Positions 49,226-58,722 of a DNA stretch of 64,000 nt are shown here, piece by piece. Position numbers and translations under genes: made by a program. The stretch's first letter is position 1, and every line of letters begins with the position of its first letter. The notes under the pieces were generated by a model. The model ran no database searches. It was not told the DNA's origin and saw nothing but the letters and a program-made list of their open reading frames with translations. Origin of the DNA: an uncultured delta proteobacterium (lineage in GTDB: Bacteria; Desulfobacterota; Binatia; UTPRO1); assembly GCA_963753325.1 (NCBI GenBank), contig CAVWBS010000003.1:963979-1027978 (forward strand), in the 5' to 3' direction.

Positions 49226-50428
49226 ATGTCGGTGGCGCGCCGCCCTCTCCCTCGCGACTTCTACCTCGTCACCGCCGCCAACTTCGTCTTCTTCCTCAAT
49301 TTCGCGTCGTTCTTTCTCCTGCCGCTGCATCTGAAGGCGCTCGGGGTCACCGAGCGGACGATCGGCTACATCATGGGCACCGCGGGGTTCGCGGGGCTGT
49401 GCGTCCTGCCGTTCCTCGGGACGCTGCTCGACCGCGTCGGACGCCGCGGCTTCGTCACGGCCGGGGCGCTCACGATGGCCCTCGCGTCCTTCGCCTACAT
49501 CCTCGTGCCGGGCACCGGGCCGGTGGTGTACCTCCTGCGCATCGTGCAGGGGGTGAGCTTCACCTCCGCCTTCGTCACCGCGTCGACCCTGGCGGTCGAG
49601 CTGGCCCCGCTCGAGCGCCGCGGCGAGGCGCTCGGTATCTTCGGGATCTCGACGCTCACCACGCACGCGGTCGCGCCGGCGCTCGGCGAGATCGTCGCCC
49701 GCCGGTTCGGCTTCGAGGCGCTGTTCGCGGTCGCCGGAAGCCTCGGCCTCTGCGCCGCGGCGTTGACCCTGCGCATCCATGCGCCCCGGCGGCCGCGGCG
49801 CGCCGCGAGCGACGCTCCCGCGCCCGGTCTGCCGCACGCGGCGACCCTCTGGCTCGGCGCGGCGACGATGATCGCCTGCGGCATGGGGTTCGGCGCCGTG
49901 CTGACCTTCGTGCCGACCTTCGTGCATGCGATCGCGCTCGATCGCGTCGCGCCCTTCTTCGTCTCGTACACCGCGGCCGCGGTCGGCGTGCGCCTCGTCC
50001 TCGGCGGTCTCTCGGATCGGGTGGGGCGCCGGCGCGTGCTGCTGCCCTCGATCGTGCTCCTGGCGCTGTCGGTGCTCGCGCTCGGCCACGTACACTCGAT
50101 CGTCGGGCTCGTGTCGGTCGGCCTGCTGTTCGGCGCGGGCCAGGGGATGGTCTATCCCACCGCCAACGCGCTCATGGTCGATCTGAGCCGGCCCGAGAAC
50201 CTGGGGCGGGTGCAGACCCTCTTCAGCGGATCCTTCAGCGTCGGCGTTGCGGCGAGCGCGTTCATCTTCGGCGGCGTGATCGAGCGCTTCGGCTATCCGG
50301 CCATGTTCACGATGGCGGCGGGTTGCATCGCCGTCGGGGGCCTCCTGCTGTGGTCGGGTCGGGACGTCGGCGTGGCCGTGGCGACGCCGGCGCAAGACGC
50401 CTTGACGCTCGTCCAGGCGGAACCGTAG
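49226..50428 (+). CDS. MFS transporter
   Basis: About 12 TM segments; GTLLDRVGRR and GGLSDRVGRR motifs. Confidence 0.92.
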   Translation: MSVARRPLPRDFYLVTAANFVFFLNFASFFLLPLHLKALGVTERTIGYIMGTAGFAGLCVLPFLGTLLDRVGRRGFVTAGALTMALASFAYILVPGTGPVVYLLRIVQGVSFTSAFVTASTLAVELAPLERRGEALGIFGISTLTTHAVAPALGEIVARRFGFEALFAVAGSLGLCAAALTLRIHAPRRPRRAASDAPAPGLPHAATLWLGAATMIACGMGFGAVLTFVPTFVHAIALDRVAPFFVSYTAAAVGVRLVLGGLSDRVGRRRVLLPSIVLLALSVLALGHVHSIVGLVSVGLLFGAGQGMVYPTANALMVDLSRPENLGRVQTLFSGSFSVGVAASAFIFGGVIERFGYPAMFTMAAGCIAVGGLLLWSGRDVGVAVATPAQDALTLVQAEP

Positions 50429-50458
50429 TATTTCGATCGCGCGCTATGGCGCGCGTAC

Positions 50459-50941
50459 ATGGCCGTCACGTTTCCCTCCGAAGCCTTCTTCACGGCGCTC
50501 GCCGCGGCGATGGCGCGGGCGCACGACCGCTTCCGTGCGCTCGGGTTCTTCGACGTGACGATCGGCATCCGCGTGCTCCCCGACGCGCCGGGCGGCGGCG
50601 AACGGCTCTACGTGCTCGCCTTCGAGGTGTTCGAGTGCACGCGGGCGCAGGAGGTGGCGGCCTTCGCGCCCGCGCACGTCGATTTCGTGCTCGAGGGCAC
50701 GCTCGGCACCTGGCGCGAGATGATCGAGAACATCCGCGCCAACGGCGCCGCCGACGTCGCGCACTCGATCAACACGCTCACCCACTTCGGCGAGAAGCTG
50801 ACGCTGCGCTACGACGACCCCGACGGTCACGACAAGCTCTACCGCTTCGCCGAGAGCGTGCAGCAGTTCTTCGATCTCGCGGCCACGATCGACGGTGTCA
50901 CCTACGAGCCGGCCCCGCGCCGAGCGGCCCCGGCGGCCTGA
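50459..50941 (+). CDS. Small protein with probable SCP2 (sterol carrier)-like fold
   Basis: FPSEAFF..L N-terminus and DFVLEG..GTWREM pattern typical of SCP2-like proteins; fold is inferred. Confidence 0.6.
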   Translation: MAVTFPSEAFFTALAAAMARAHDRFRALGFFDVTIGIRVLPDAPGGGERLYVLAFEVFECTRAQEVAAFAPAHVDFVLEGTLGTWREMIENIRANGAADVAHSINTLTHFGEKLTLRYDDPDGHDKLYRFAESVQQFFDLAATIDGVTYEPAPRRAAPAA

Positions 50942-50956
50942 CCGCGGAGGATTCCC

Positions 50957-52101
50957 ATGAGCTATCTCAGCACCAAGGACTTCCTCGACGACGAGGACTT
51001 CGTCGATCGGTGGCAGTACACGATGCGCACCGGCGAGCTCGATCTCTCCTGGATGCACGCCGCCACCAAGGAGGCCGTGTGCACGGCGCAGAACGCGCGC
51101 CGCGGGCTCACGTTCCGCGATCTCGACGTGGCCGGCTACGGCTACAGCAGCATGCCCGAGCTGGCCAGACGGAACCGCAGCTTTGCGCCGCGCGGCGCCG
51201 AATCCCTCTCGGCTGCCCCGACCTCCAGGCGGAGGTCAACCGCAAGAGCGAGGTGTGGGCGTACAACGTCGAGGGCTACTACGAGGAGGCGATGTCGCGG
51301 CAGTGGAACGCCACCACGGACGTGCCCTGGGCCGACCTCGCCGCGACGGAGCTGCCGGACGACATCGCGCGCGCCTACTCGCAGCTCCTGACGTTCCTCA
51401 CCGAGGTCGAGATGATCGCGACCGACGTGCCGGCCAAGTGGCTGGGACGGCTGAACGCCGACTTCTTCGAGGTGAAGAACTTCATTGCGACGCAGGTGAT
51501 GGACGAGGCGCGCCACGCCGAGGTCTTCCGCAAGCGCGCCCTCACCACCGGCTACGGCCTGATGAAGGCGAGCCCGGCCAACGAGATCAACCTCAAGTTC
51601 CTGCGCGACGCCGACAGCTTCTCGGAGTCGTCGACCACCCTGCACCTGCAGGCCGAGGGCATGGTGCTCACGCTCTTCCGCTTCAGCGAGTACATCGCGC
51701 CGACCGAGGGCGACAAGAAGCTCTTCCGCCTCGTCATGCAGGACGAGGCGCGGCACGTCGGCTACGGCATGCAGCACCTGAAATGGGTGATCGATCACTT
51801 CCCCGAGAAGCGGGAGATCATCCACAAGCACCTCGACGAGGCCGAGAACTTCGTCTTCGGCGGCGCCTACGCCGTCGAGGTGATGGAGCCCTTCATCATC
51901 CTCAGCGGCAAGGGCATGAAGAAGGAGAACATCGAGCAGGGCTGCAAGATCACCGCGCAGTTCCAGGTGAAGCAGGTCGAGGAGTACTTCGAGCGGCTCG
52001 AGAAGTGCGGCCTGCCCGAGCGCAGGCAGCGCTCGCAGCTCTACAAGGCGCTCGAGCTCGGCCAGGCCAACCTCGCGGCGATGGGGCTGCGCACGCACTG
52101 A
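50957..52101 (+). CDS. Ferritin-like di-iron protein A, complete ligand set (-1 frameshift as assembled at about 51201)
   Basis: TEVE...DEARH...AEG...DEARH; adding one base at GAATC gives GAEIPLGCPDL, colinear with GSEIWGKLPDL in the paralogue, and a 381-aa ORF. Confidence 0.88.
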
Positions 52102-52157
52102 GCCGCGATCGGTTCATCGTGTAGCAACGCGATGCCCGGCGGCGGTAGAGTCCGGCC

Positions 52158-52636
52158 GTGATCGACTTCGAGAGCGACCGCGCCATTCGCGAAGTGATCG
52201 CCCGGTTTGCCAACAGCTTCGATGTGAAGGACTGGGGTGCCCTCGGCGATTGTCTGGCCGACCGGATCCAGACCGACTATTCCGATCTGCGCGGCACGCC
52301 TCCCGAGACGCTTCCGAGAGACCGTTTCGTCGAGGCGAGGCGATCGGCGTTGCAGGACCTGCGCACGCATCACCTCGCCGGCAACGTCGAGATCATGGGC
52401 GTCGACGGCGCCGCCGCCGCGAGGGTGTCGATGGCCATCTATCGACGGACGGCCGCCGGGCAGCGGTTCGACAGTCACTGTGTGTACACGCTCGGGATGG
52501 AGCGGATCTCGGGCCGCTGGCGCATATCGTCGATCATCCAGCGCATCCTCTGGAGCGACGGCGACCCCTCCATCACGCGGGTGTCGGCGACACCCCGACC
52601 ACACGCCACCCGGGGACGGAAAAGGGGAGCGCATAG
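52158..52636 (+). CDS. NTF2/SnoaL-like protein (probable -1 frameshift near 52574)
   Basis: IREVIARFANSFDVKDW...THHLAGN...WRISSI; adding one C gives ...GDPSIHAG and a stop at 52636, otherwise the frame reads through to 53372. Confidence 0.8.
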
Positions 52637-52712
52637 CCGGGGCGCTGATCGCGCGCCCGTCTCCGCTGCTGCGCGTACCCCGGCGCGATGCTCGTCGACG
52701 GTGTCGGGTACG

Positions 52713-53210
52713 TCAGCTGTCCTTCGCGAAGAAGCCGTGCACCATCACGTTCGGGACGGACTGCGCGCCGCTGCCGTCGAAATCCAGCACGACGACGCAG
52801 AGCAGGACCCCGCTCTTCACGACCGATCCGATCGGCAGATTCACGAGCACGCCCGCGTTCCCCTGCGACACGGCGTCCGTGAACGTTACGATCGAGGTGA
52901 CGTTGCTCTGGTCCGGAAGCTCTCGGAAAAGGCTGACCTCGTAGCGATGGCCGGTCGGGATCAGCTGCGCGCCGATCTCGGCAGCCGTCACGACGAACAC
53001 GTGCTTCGGCGCGATCGTGAACGAGGCCGTCGTGCCATCGGATTTCTGGATCCGGTTCAGCACGTACGCGTGCGCGTTGATCGGACACGTGGCCTGGTAG
53101 TCCGTGGTGAGGTCGGCGAGCTGACTGGCCTTGGTCGGCGTGAGCGTCGCGACCGCCGTCGACGCGAAGCCGAGGAGCGAAACGACCCCGATGACGAGCG
53201 AGCGATACAT
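52713..53210 (-). CDS. Secreted beta-rich hypothetical protein
   Basis: AAGGAGG RBS, signal peptide MYRSLVIGVVSLLGFASTAVA, ends VHGFFAKDS. Confidence 0.75.
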   Translation of the reverse strand: MYRSLVIGVVSLLGFASTAVATLTPTKASQLADLTTDYQATCPINAHAYVLNRIQKSDGTTASFTIAPKHVFVVTAAEIGAQLIPTGHRYEVSLFRELPDQSNVTSIVTFTDAVSQGNAGVLVNLPIGSVVKSGVLLCVVVLDFDGSGAQSVPNVMVHGFFAKDS

Positions 53211-53368
53211 GCGAAGACCCTCCTTTGTCCGTTGAGTTGCCGTTGGTTTCTTGCGAATCGCGCGCGATGTTCGCCACGGCGGATGTCGAGTGTCAAATCG
53301 GATCGTGCGTCCGCCCTGCCGCGCGGACCGATGGTGGGACGGGACCGTGCTTGCTACGCTCCGCGGCC

Positions 53369-54827
53369 ATGACGATCACCGGCGCGGCGTTCCCTGCCAG
53401 CTCCGCGGACCTCTGCTTCCTCCCGGCGCGTGATCTCGCCGGGCTGATCCGTGGCCGCGAGGTCTCGGCGCGCGAGGTGATGGCGGCCCATCTCGGACGG
53501 ATCAACGAGTGGAATCCGCGCCTCAATGCGATCGTCGCGAGGCTCGACGACGATGCGTGTCTCGCGCTGGCCGACGAGGCCGATCGCCGTCTCGGGCGCG
53601 GCGAGCCGGTCGGCCCCCTCCACGGGCTGCCGTTCGCGTTCAAGGATTCTGGAGGCCGCCGTCGGCTTTCCCATGACGCTCGGCTCGCCGATCCTGAAGA
53701 CTTTCATGCCGACGGAGGATACGGTCGTCGTCGAGCGCCTGCGTCGGGCCGGCGTTGTGCCGATCGGCAAGACGAACGTGCCCGAGTTCGGCATGGGCTC
53801 GCACACGTACAACCCGGTCTACGGTCCGACGCGGAATCCATACGACGCGACGAAGAGCGCCGGCGGCTCGAGCGGCGGCGCCGGGGCGGCGCTCGCCGCC
53901 GGTCTCCTGCCGCTCGCCGACGGCAGCGACTACGGCGGCTCGCTGCGCAATCCCGGGAACTTCAACAACGTGGTCGGCTTCCGGCCGACGGTTGGCCGCG
54001 TGCCGCTCGCGCCGCATCCGTTTCCGTTCGTCGGCTTCCTGGTGAAGGGTCCGATGGCGCGCTCCGTCGCCGACGCGGCATTCCTCCTGAGCGTGATGGC
54101 CGGCGCCGACGCGCGTGACCCGGGCTGCTTCCCATCCGACCCGACGGTCTTCACGCGGCCGCTGGCGCGCGACCTGAAGGGCGTGCGCATCGCGTGGTGT
54201 CCCGACCTCGGCGGACTTCCGCTCGACCGGCGGATACGGGCCGTCCTGGACGCGCAGCGCACGACGTTCGAGCAGCTCGGCTGCGAGGTCGAGGACGCCG
54301 CGCCCGACCTGACCGGTGCCGAGAAGGTCTTCCTCGACCTCCGCATGTGGATGACGCACAACCGCCTCGGTTTCCTGCTCGACACGTACCGCGACCAGAT
54401 GAAGCCCGAGGCGGTCTGGGAGGTGGAGACGGGAGCGCGATTGAGCGGCGCGGACGTGGCGCGGGCGACGGTGCAGCAGGGCGAGATCATGGAGCGGATG
54501 CGCCGCTTCCAGGAGCGCTACGAGTTCGTCGTCTGCGCGGTGAACCAGGTGCCGCCCTTCGACGTCGCCCTCGACTGGCCGAAGGCGATCGACGGCGAGC
54601 CGATGGAGCACTACCTCGCGTGGATGCGCTCCGCCTACTGGATCACGGTGACGTTCTGTCCCGCGATCTCGGTCCCCGCCGGATTCACCGCCGACGCCTT
54701 GCCCGTGGGGCTCCAGATCGTCGGCCGGTACCGTGACGACTTCGGCGTGTTGCGGATCGCGCACGCCTTCGAGCAGGCGACCGGCTTCGGCCGCCGCCGC
54801 CCGCCGGAGGCGCCCTCCCGTGCTTGA
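53369..54827 (+). CDS. Amidase signature family protein (+1 frameshift as assembled at about 53647)
   Basis: GPLHGLPFAFKD, GKTNVPEFG, AGGSSGG, DGSDYGGSLR; removing one T from AAGGATTCTGGAG gives KDLEAAVGFP and a 485-aa ORF. Confidence 0.92.
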
Positions 54828-54864
54828 CGAGCGCCGGATCCTTCTCGTATCGCCTCGATGAGCC

Positions 54865-55977
54865 GTGGCCTACTTCGCCGAAAGGAACTTCTTCGAGGAC
54901 CAGGAGCTGATGGAGCTCGTCCAACGCGTGATGTCGGGCGACCTCACGCTCACCTGGTGGGACGCGAAGACCGAGCGCGTGCGGGCCACCGTGCACGACG
55001 CGCGGCGCGGGCTCACGTACGCGGACTGCAATCTCGGCTCGTACGGTTGGGACGACATCCCCGAGTTCGTTCGCGACCGCTACAGCATGGCGGCGCGCGG
55101 CTCCGAGATCTGGGGCAAGCTCCCCGACCTCGGCTACACCGTGAACCGCAAGAGCGACGTCTGGGCGGACAACGTCGCCGAGCTCTACGAGGAGTCGAAG
55201 TCGCGCCGCTGGGCGCCGGCCGTCGACCTCGACTGGACGGCGCTTCCGAGCCGCGCCATGACGCCCGAGCTGGAGGCGGCGATGGCGCAGCTCTGCACCA
55301 CCCTCGAGGAGATCGCCCTCGTGGCGATGGAGATGCCGGCGCGCTGGATCTTCTCGATCAACCAGGAGTTCCTCGAGCTGAAGAGTCTGCTCTGCGCGCA
55401 GATGATCGACGAGGCGCGGCACGTCGAGGTCTTCCGCAAGCGGGCGCTCGCCGGCGGCCAGGGGCTGAAGCGTGCCAGTGCCAACATCGAGCAGGCGCTG
55501 AAGGAGCTGCTGTTCGCCGAGACGTTTCCCGAGGGTGCGTTCGCGATGAACGTCATGCTGGCGACGGTCGTCGCGCAGGTGCTGGCGCACGCCGCCGCGA
55601 CGGCGCGGCTGCCGCTCGACGCGCAACTCTTCCGCCTCTGTCTGCAAGACCTCGGGCGAACCCTCGCCTACGGCATGGGACAGGCGCGCTATTGCTTCGC
55701 GCAGCAGCCGCACCGGCGGGCGCAGCTCGACGACTACCTCGATCGCACCGAGCATTGCCTCTTCGGCGTGATCGGCGCAACCGAGCTGCTCGAGCCGCTC
55801 ATCGTGCTCTCGGGCGGCGGCACGACGCGCGAGCAGGTCAAGGTCGGCTGCCGGCACGTCGACGCGCTCATGCGAACGGCGATCGGCGAGTATCTCGGGC
55901 GCTGCGACGCGCTCGGGCTCGATGCGCGGCGGCATACGAGCCGTCTCGCCACGCGCCTCACTGCTACGAACGTTTAG
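54865..55977 (+). CDS. Ferritin-like protein B, full-length paralogue of protein A with degenerate di-iron site
   Basis: Colinear with A (ARRGLT, PDL..VNRKS.VW..NV...YEE...R.W); retains one DEARH but has EIA, MLA and QDLGRT where A has EVE, QAE and QDEARH. Confidence 0.88.
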   Translation: MAYFAERNFFEDQELMELVQRVMSGDLTLTWWDAKTERVRATVHDARRGLTYADCNLGSYGWDDIPEFVRDRYSMAARGSEIWGKLPDLGYTVNRKSDVWADNVAELYEESKSRRWAPAVDLDWTALPSRAMTPELEAAMAQLCTTLEEIALVAMEMPARWIFSINQEFLELKSLLCAQMIDEARHVEVFRKRALAGGQGLKRASANIEQALKELLFAETFPEGAFAMNVMLATVVAQVLAHAAATARLPLDAQLFRLCLQDLGRTLAYGMGQARYCFAQQPHRRAQLDDYLDRTEHCLFGVIGATELLEPLIVLSGGGTTREQVKVGCRHVDALMRTAIGEYLGRCDALGLDARRHTSRLATRLTATNV

Positions 55978-56166
55978 GCGCGGTCCTCGAACGAGCGGGT
56001 CCGATCGCGGGGGCATCCCCGTGATTTCGTGCATGTCCCGCGGCGATCCTCCGACCTGGCAATTGGTGTCTGCACCGCATGCGAGGTCTGGCCGTGCATT
56101 GCGGTTGGGGTTTCGCTACTGCTTTCGTTGCCATGATCCGCGCAGGACGAGTATACGGAGAGCGTC

Positions 56167-56197
56167 GGAGGTATGTGACCTGAGGAGGTATCTGACC
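56167..56197 (+). repeat. 14-bp direct repeat GGAGGTAT(G/C)TGACC in the leader of VWA-OmpA
   Basis: Copies at 56167-56180 and 56184-56197, 13 of 14 bases identical. Confidence 0.75.
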
Positions 56198-56214
56198 GGA
56201 GAAAGAGAGGCGCG

Positions 56215-57237
56215 ATGATGAGAAAGACGATCGTGTGGTGGGTGTTCGGTTTCGTGCTGGGCATGGTTTCCGGAATGGGCACCGCTCGGGCGGAGCTGAC
56301 GAACTGCTCCCCCAAAGTCGACAACTTCGTCCTGTTCGTCGACCAGTCGGGTTCCATGTACCAGCAGCATCAAGATGCGAAGGAACTCAAGGAGATCCTG
56401 GTCAAGAAGGTTCTCGGCGAGATGAACGATGAGATCCCACAGCTCGGCTACAAGGGAGGCCTGGACCTGTTCGCGCCCTTCGCGACGACGGTGCCGATGG
56501 CGCCGTATTCCCGGGCGGCGATGGGCGCGGGGATCGCGTCGATCCCCGACAGCCAGCCGGTGTTCTGGCGCAAGACGCCGATGGGCGCGGGCATCGGAGA
56601 TCTCAACGGCGTCGTGGGCGGCCTCAACGGAAAGACGGCGGTCATCATGTTCTCGGACGGCGAGCAGAACGAAGGCCCGGATCCGATCGAGACGGCGCAG
56701 CAGCTGGTCAGCGCGCACCCGGACCTCTGCATTCACGTGGTCTCGTTCGCCGACTCGGCCTACGGCACGTGGTACAACCTGCGCGTCAGCAGCGCCGGCA
56801 AGGGATGCCGGTATGCGGAGGGGACGGAGCTCCTCGCCAACGGGCCCAAGCTCGAGCAGTTCGTCCGTGACGTCTTCTGCGGGGAGCCGGTGAAGCGGAA
56901 GCTCGTCCTCCGCGGCGTGAACTTCGACTTCGACAAGGCCACCATCAAGCGCGAAGGGGAGCCGGTGCTCGACGAGGCCATCCAGGCGCTCAAGGAGCAG
57001 CCCGACGTGCGGATCTCGGTCGAGGGGCACACCGACTCGATCGGGACGGATGCGTACAACCAGCGTCTGTCGGAGCGTCGAGCCGAGGCCGTGGCCGACT
57101 ATCTGGCCGCGGGAGGCATCGCGCGCAGCCGCATGTCCGCCAGGGGGTATGGCGAGTCGAGGCCGGTCGCGAGCAACGCGACCGAGGACGGGCGGGCCCA
57201 GAACCGCCGCGTCGAGTTCGGGCTCCTCGCGAAGTAG
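56215..57237 (+). CDS. VWA-domain + OmpA_C exported protein
   Basis: Signal peptide, VDQSGS MIDAS, KTP, FSDGE; VNFDFDK...EGHTDSIG...NRRVE. Confidence 0.9.
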   Translation: MMRKTIVWWVFGFVLGMVSGMGTARAELTNCSPKVDNFVLFVDQSGSMYQQHQDAKELKEILVKKVLGEMNDEIPQLGYKGGLDLFAPFATTVPMAPYSRAAMGAGIASIPDSQPVFWRKTPMGAGIGDLNGVVGGLNGKTAVIMFSDGEQNEGPDPIETAQQLVSAHPDLCIHVVSFADSAYGTWYNLRVSSAGKGCRYAEGTELLANGPKLEQFVRDVFCGEPVKRKLVLRGVNFDFDKATIKREGEPVLDEAIQALKEQPDVRISVEGHTDSIGTDAYNQRLSERRAEAVADYLAAGGIARSRMSARGYGESRPVASNATEDGRAQNRRVEFGLLAK

Positions 57238-57247
57238 GCGTGCCGAG

Positions 57248-57286
57248 GACGGCGACATCCCCATCGCGGGATGCCGCCGTCTCTTC
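57248..57286 (+). terminator. Probable terminator hairpin between convergent genes
   Basis: GACGGCGACATCCC...GGGATGCCGCCGTC stem with one mismatch, then TCTTC. Confidence 0.5.
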
Positions 57287-57320
57287 GGGCTCCTTCGCGG
57301 CGGCGCGTCCCGCCCCGCGC

Positions 57321-57618
57321 TCAGTGCACGGTGTCGTTGACCGCCGGACGGCGGCGGTCGAACGGCGCGCCGCTCAACAGGCGATACTCCTCCACGAGTT
57401 CCAGGTACTCGGCGCGCGCGACGAGGCCGTCGACGCGGCGATACACCAGGCCCTCACTCACGCGCCCGTAGGAGTCACGGAAGCGGCGCGGGCGCGGCGG
57501 CTCGGCGACGATCCAGAATCTCGCGGCCGTGGTGCTCGACCGGCACCCGCCAGGTGCCATAGTCGCCGCTCACGATCCGGGCCTTGCGCAGAAGGGACGC
57601 CTTCGGCTGCGGAGTCAT
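57321..57618 (-). CDS. Small hypothetical protein, 98 aa once a +1 frameshift at about 57517 is removed
   Basis: MTPQPKASLLRKARIV...HHGRE; GAGATTCTGGATC corrected to EIWIVAEPPRP...DTVH*; 298 bp minus 1 equals 99 codons. Confidence 0.65.
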
Positions 57619-57631
57619 GGGATGGAGACAC

Positions 57632-57647
57632 TGCAGGAGCGGTGCCA
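57632..57647 (-). promoter_or_regulatory. Candidate sigma-54 promoter
   Basis: Minus strand TGGCACCGCTCCTGCA with GG-N10-GC spacing, immediately upstream of ATG 57618. Confidence 0.5.
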
Positions 57648-57753
57648 GCGGGGCGCCGTAGGCGGCGCCGGGATGTTGCGGTAGAAAACGCCGTTGCAGT
57701 GGCGGATTTGCGTCGTTCCGCCAACGCTTTGACCGGGAAGGAGCGGTACCCCG

Positions 57754-58722
57754 ATGGCGATCGGCGTCGGCGTGATCGGCGGCGGAAAGCATGGCGAGCG
57801 CTATCTTCGTCACGTGTCCGACGTTCCGGGACTGTGTCTGGTGGCGCTCTGTCGGCGCGATCGCGCACGCGGCGAGCGGCAGGCGCGAGATGCCGGGTGT
57901 CGTTTCCACGATCGCGCGGAAGCGTTGATCGCGGACGCCGACGTGGCGGCGGTCGTGCTCGTCGTGCCGCCGACCCTGACGGTGCGGTTCGCGAGCGCCG
58001 CCGCAGCGGCTGGCAAGGCGGTGCTGATCGAGAAGCCGCTCGCGCCGACGCTCGCCGACTGTCGAACGATCGCCGACGCCGTGGCGCGCGCCGGCGTTCC
58101 CGCGATGGTGGCACACACGCTGCGCTTCAACCCGACGGTGATGGCGCTGCGCGCCGCCGTCCCCACGGTCGGACCGCTGCACGCGGCCGTGCTGACGCAG
58201 CGCTTCGAGACGTCGTCGCTCGGCTGGCTCGACCGCCGCGCCGAGGCGGGCGGTGGGATCATCCTGCACACCGGCGTCCACAGCTTCGATCTGCTCCGCC
58301 ATCTGACCGGCGACGAGCCGCAGCGCGTGAGCGCCCGGGCGGCGCGCGTCGCGACCCGGGAGACCGAGGACAATTTCGTCGCGACGGTGGAGATGGCGAG
58401 CGGTCTCCTGGCGCTGGTCGGCGGCTCACGCGCGACCATCGGGCGCTCCGGCGCGATCGAGCTCGCCGGGCGCGACGCCCAGCTGGCCGGCGATCACGTC
58501 CACGCCCGCGCGGTGCGGCTCGTCGGCACCACCAGCGAGGCGCTGCCGCTCGGCCCTCCCGTGCAGACGGTCGAGGTGACGCTGCGCGAGTTCGCGGCCG
58601 CGATCGACGCCGGTCGCGCGCCGGCGATCGGCATCGACGACGGCGCCGCCGCGGTGGCGATCGCGGACGCCTGCTATCGCTCGATCGCCAGCGGGCGGGC
58701 GGAAGCGGTCGAGCGTCTCTAG
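57754..58722 (+). CDS. Gfo/Idh/MocA family oxidoreductase
   Basis: VGVIGGGKHG, VLIEKPLA, AHTLRFNP, GGIILHTGVHSFDL. Confidence 0.92.
   Translation: MAIGVGVIGGGKHGERYLRHVSDVPGLCLVALCRRDRARGERQARDAGCRFHDRAEALIADADVAAVVLVVPPTLTVRFASAAAAAGKAVLIEKPLAPTLADCRTIADAVARAGVPAMVAHTLRFNPTVMALRAAVPTVGPLHAAVLTQRFETSSLGWLDRRAEAGGGIILHTGVHSFDLLRHLTGDEPQRVSARAARVATRETEDNFVATVEMASGLLALVGGSRATIGRSGAIELAGRDAQLAGDHVHARAVRLVGTTSEALPLGPPVQTVEVTLREFAAAIDAGRAPAIGIDDGAAAVAIADACYRSIASGRAEAVERL

Noticed and set aside
48379-52101. 1240-aa plus-strand ORF
   Set aside because: Only the last 300 or so codons (from about 51205) are real and belong to di-iron protein A; the rest overlaps nth, the MFS gene and the SCP2-like gene in other frames.
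52158-53372. 404-aa NTF2 fusion ORF
   Set aside because: The extension runs antisense to a well-formed secreted protein gene; a single-base loss near 52574 explains the read-through.
55978-56140. Intergenic region examined for an ncRNA, riboswitch or sigma-54 site
   Set aside because: No recognisable RNA family motif, and the TGGC...TTGC candidates have the wrong spacing.
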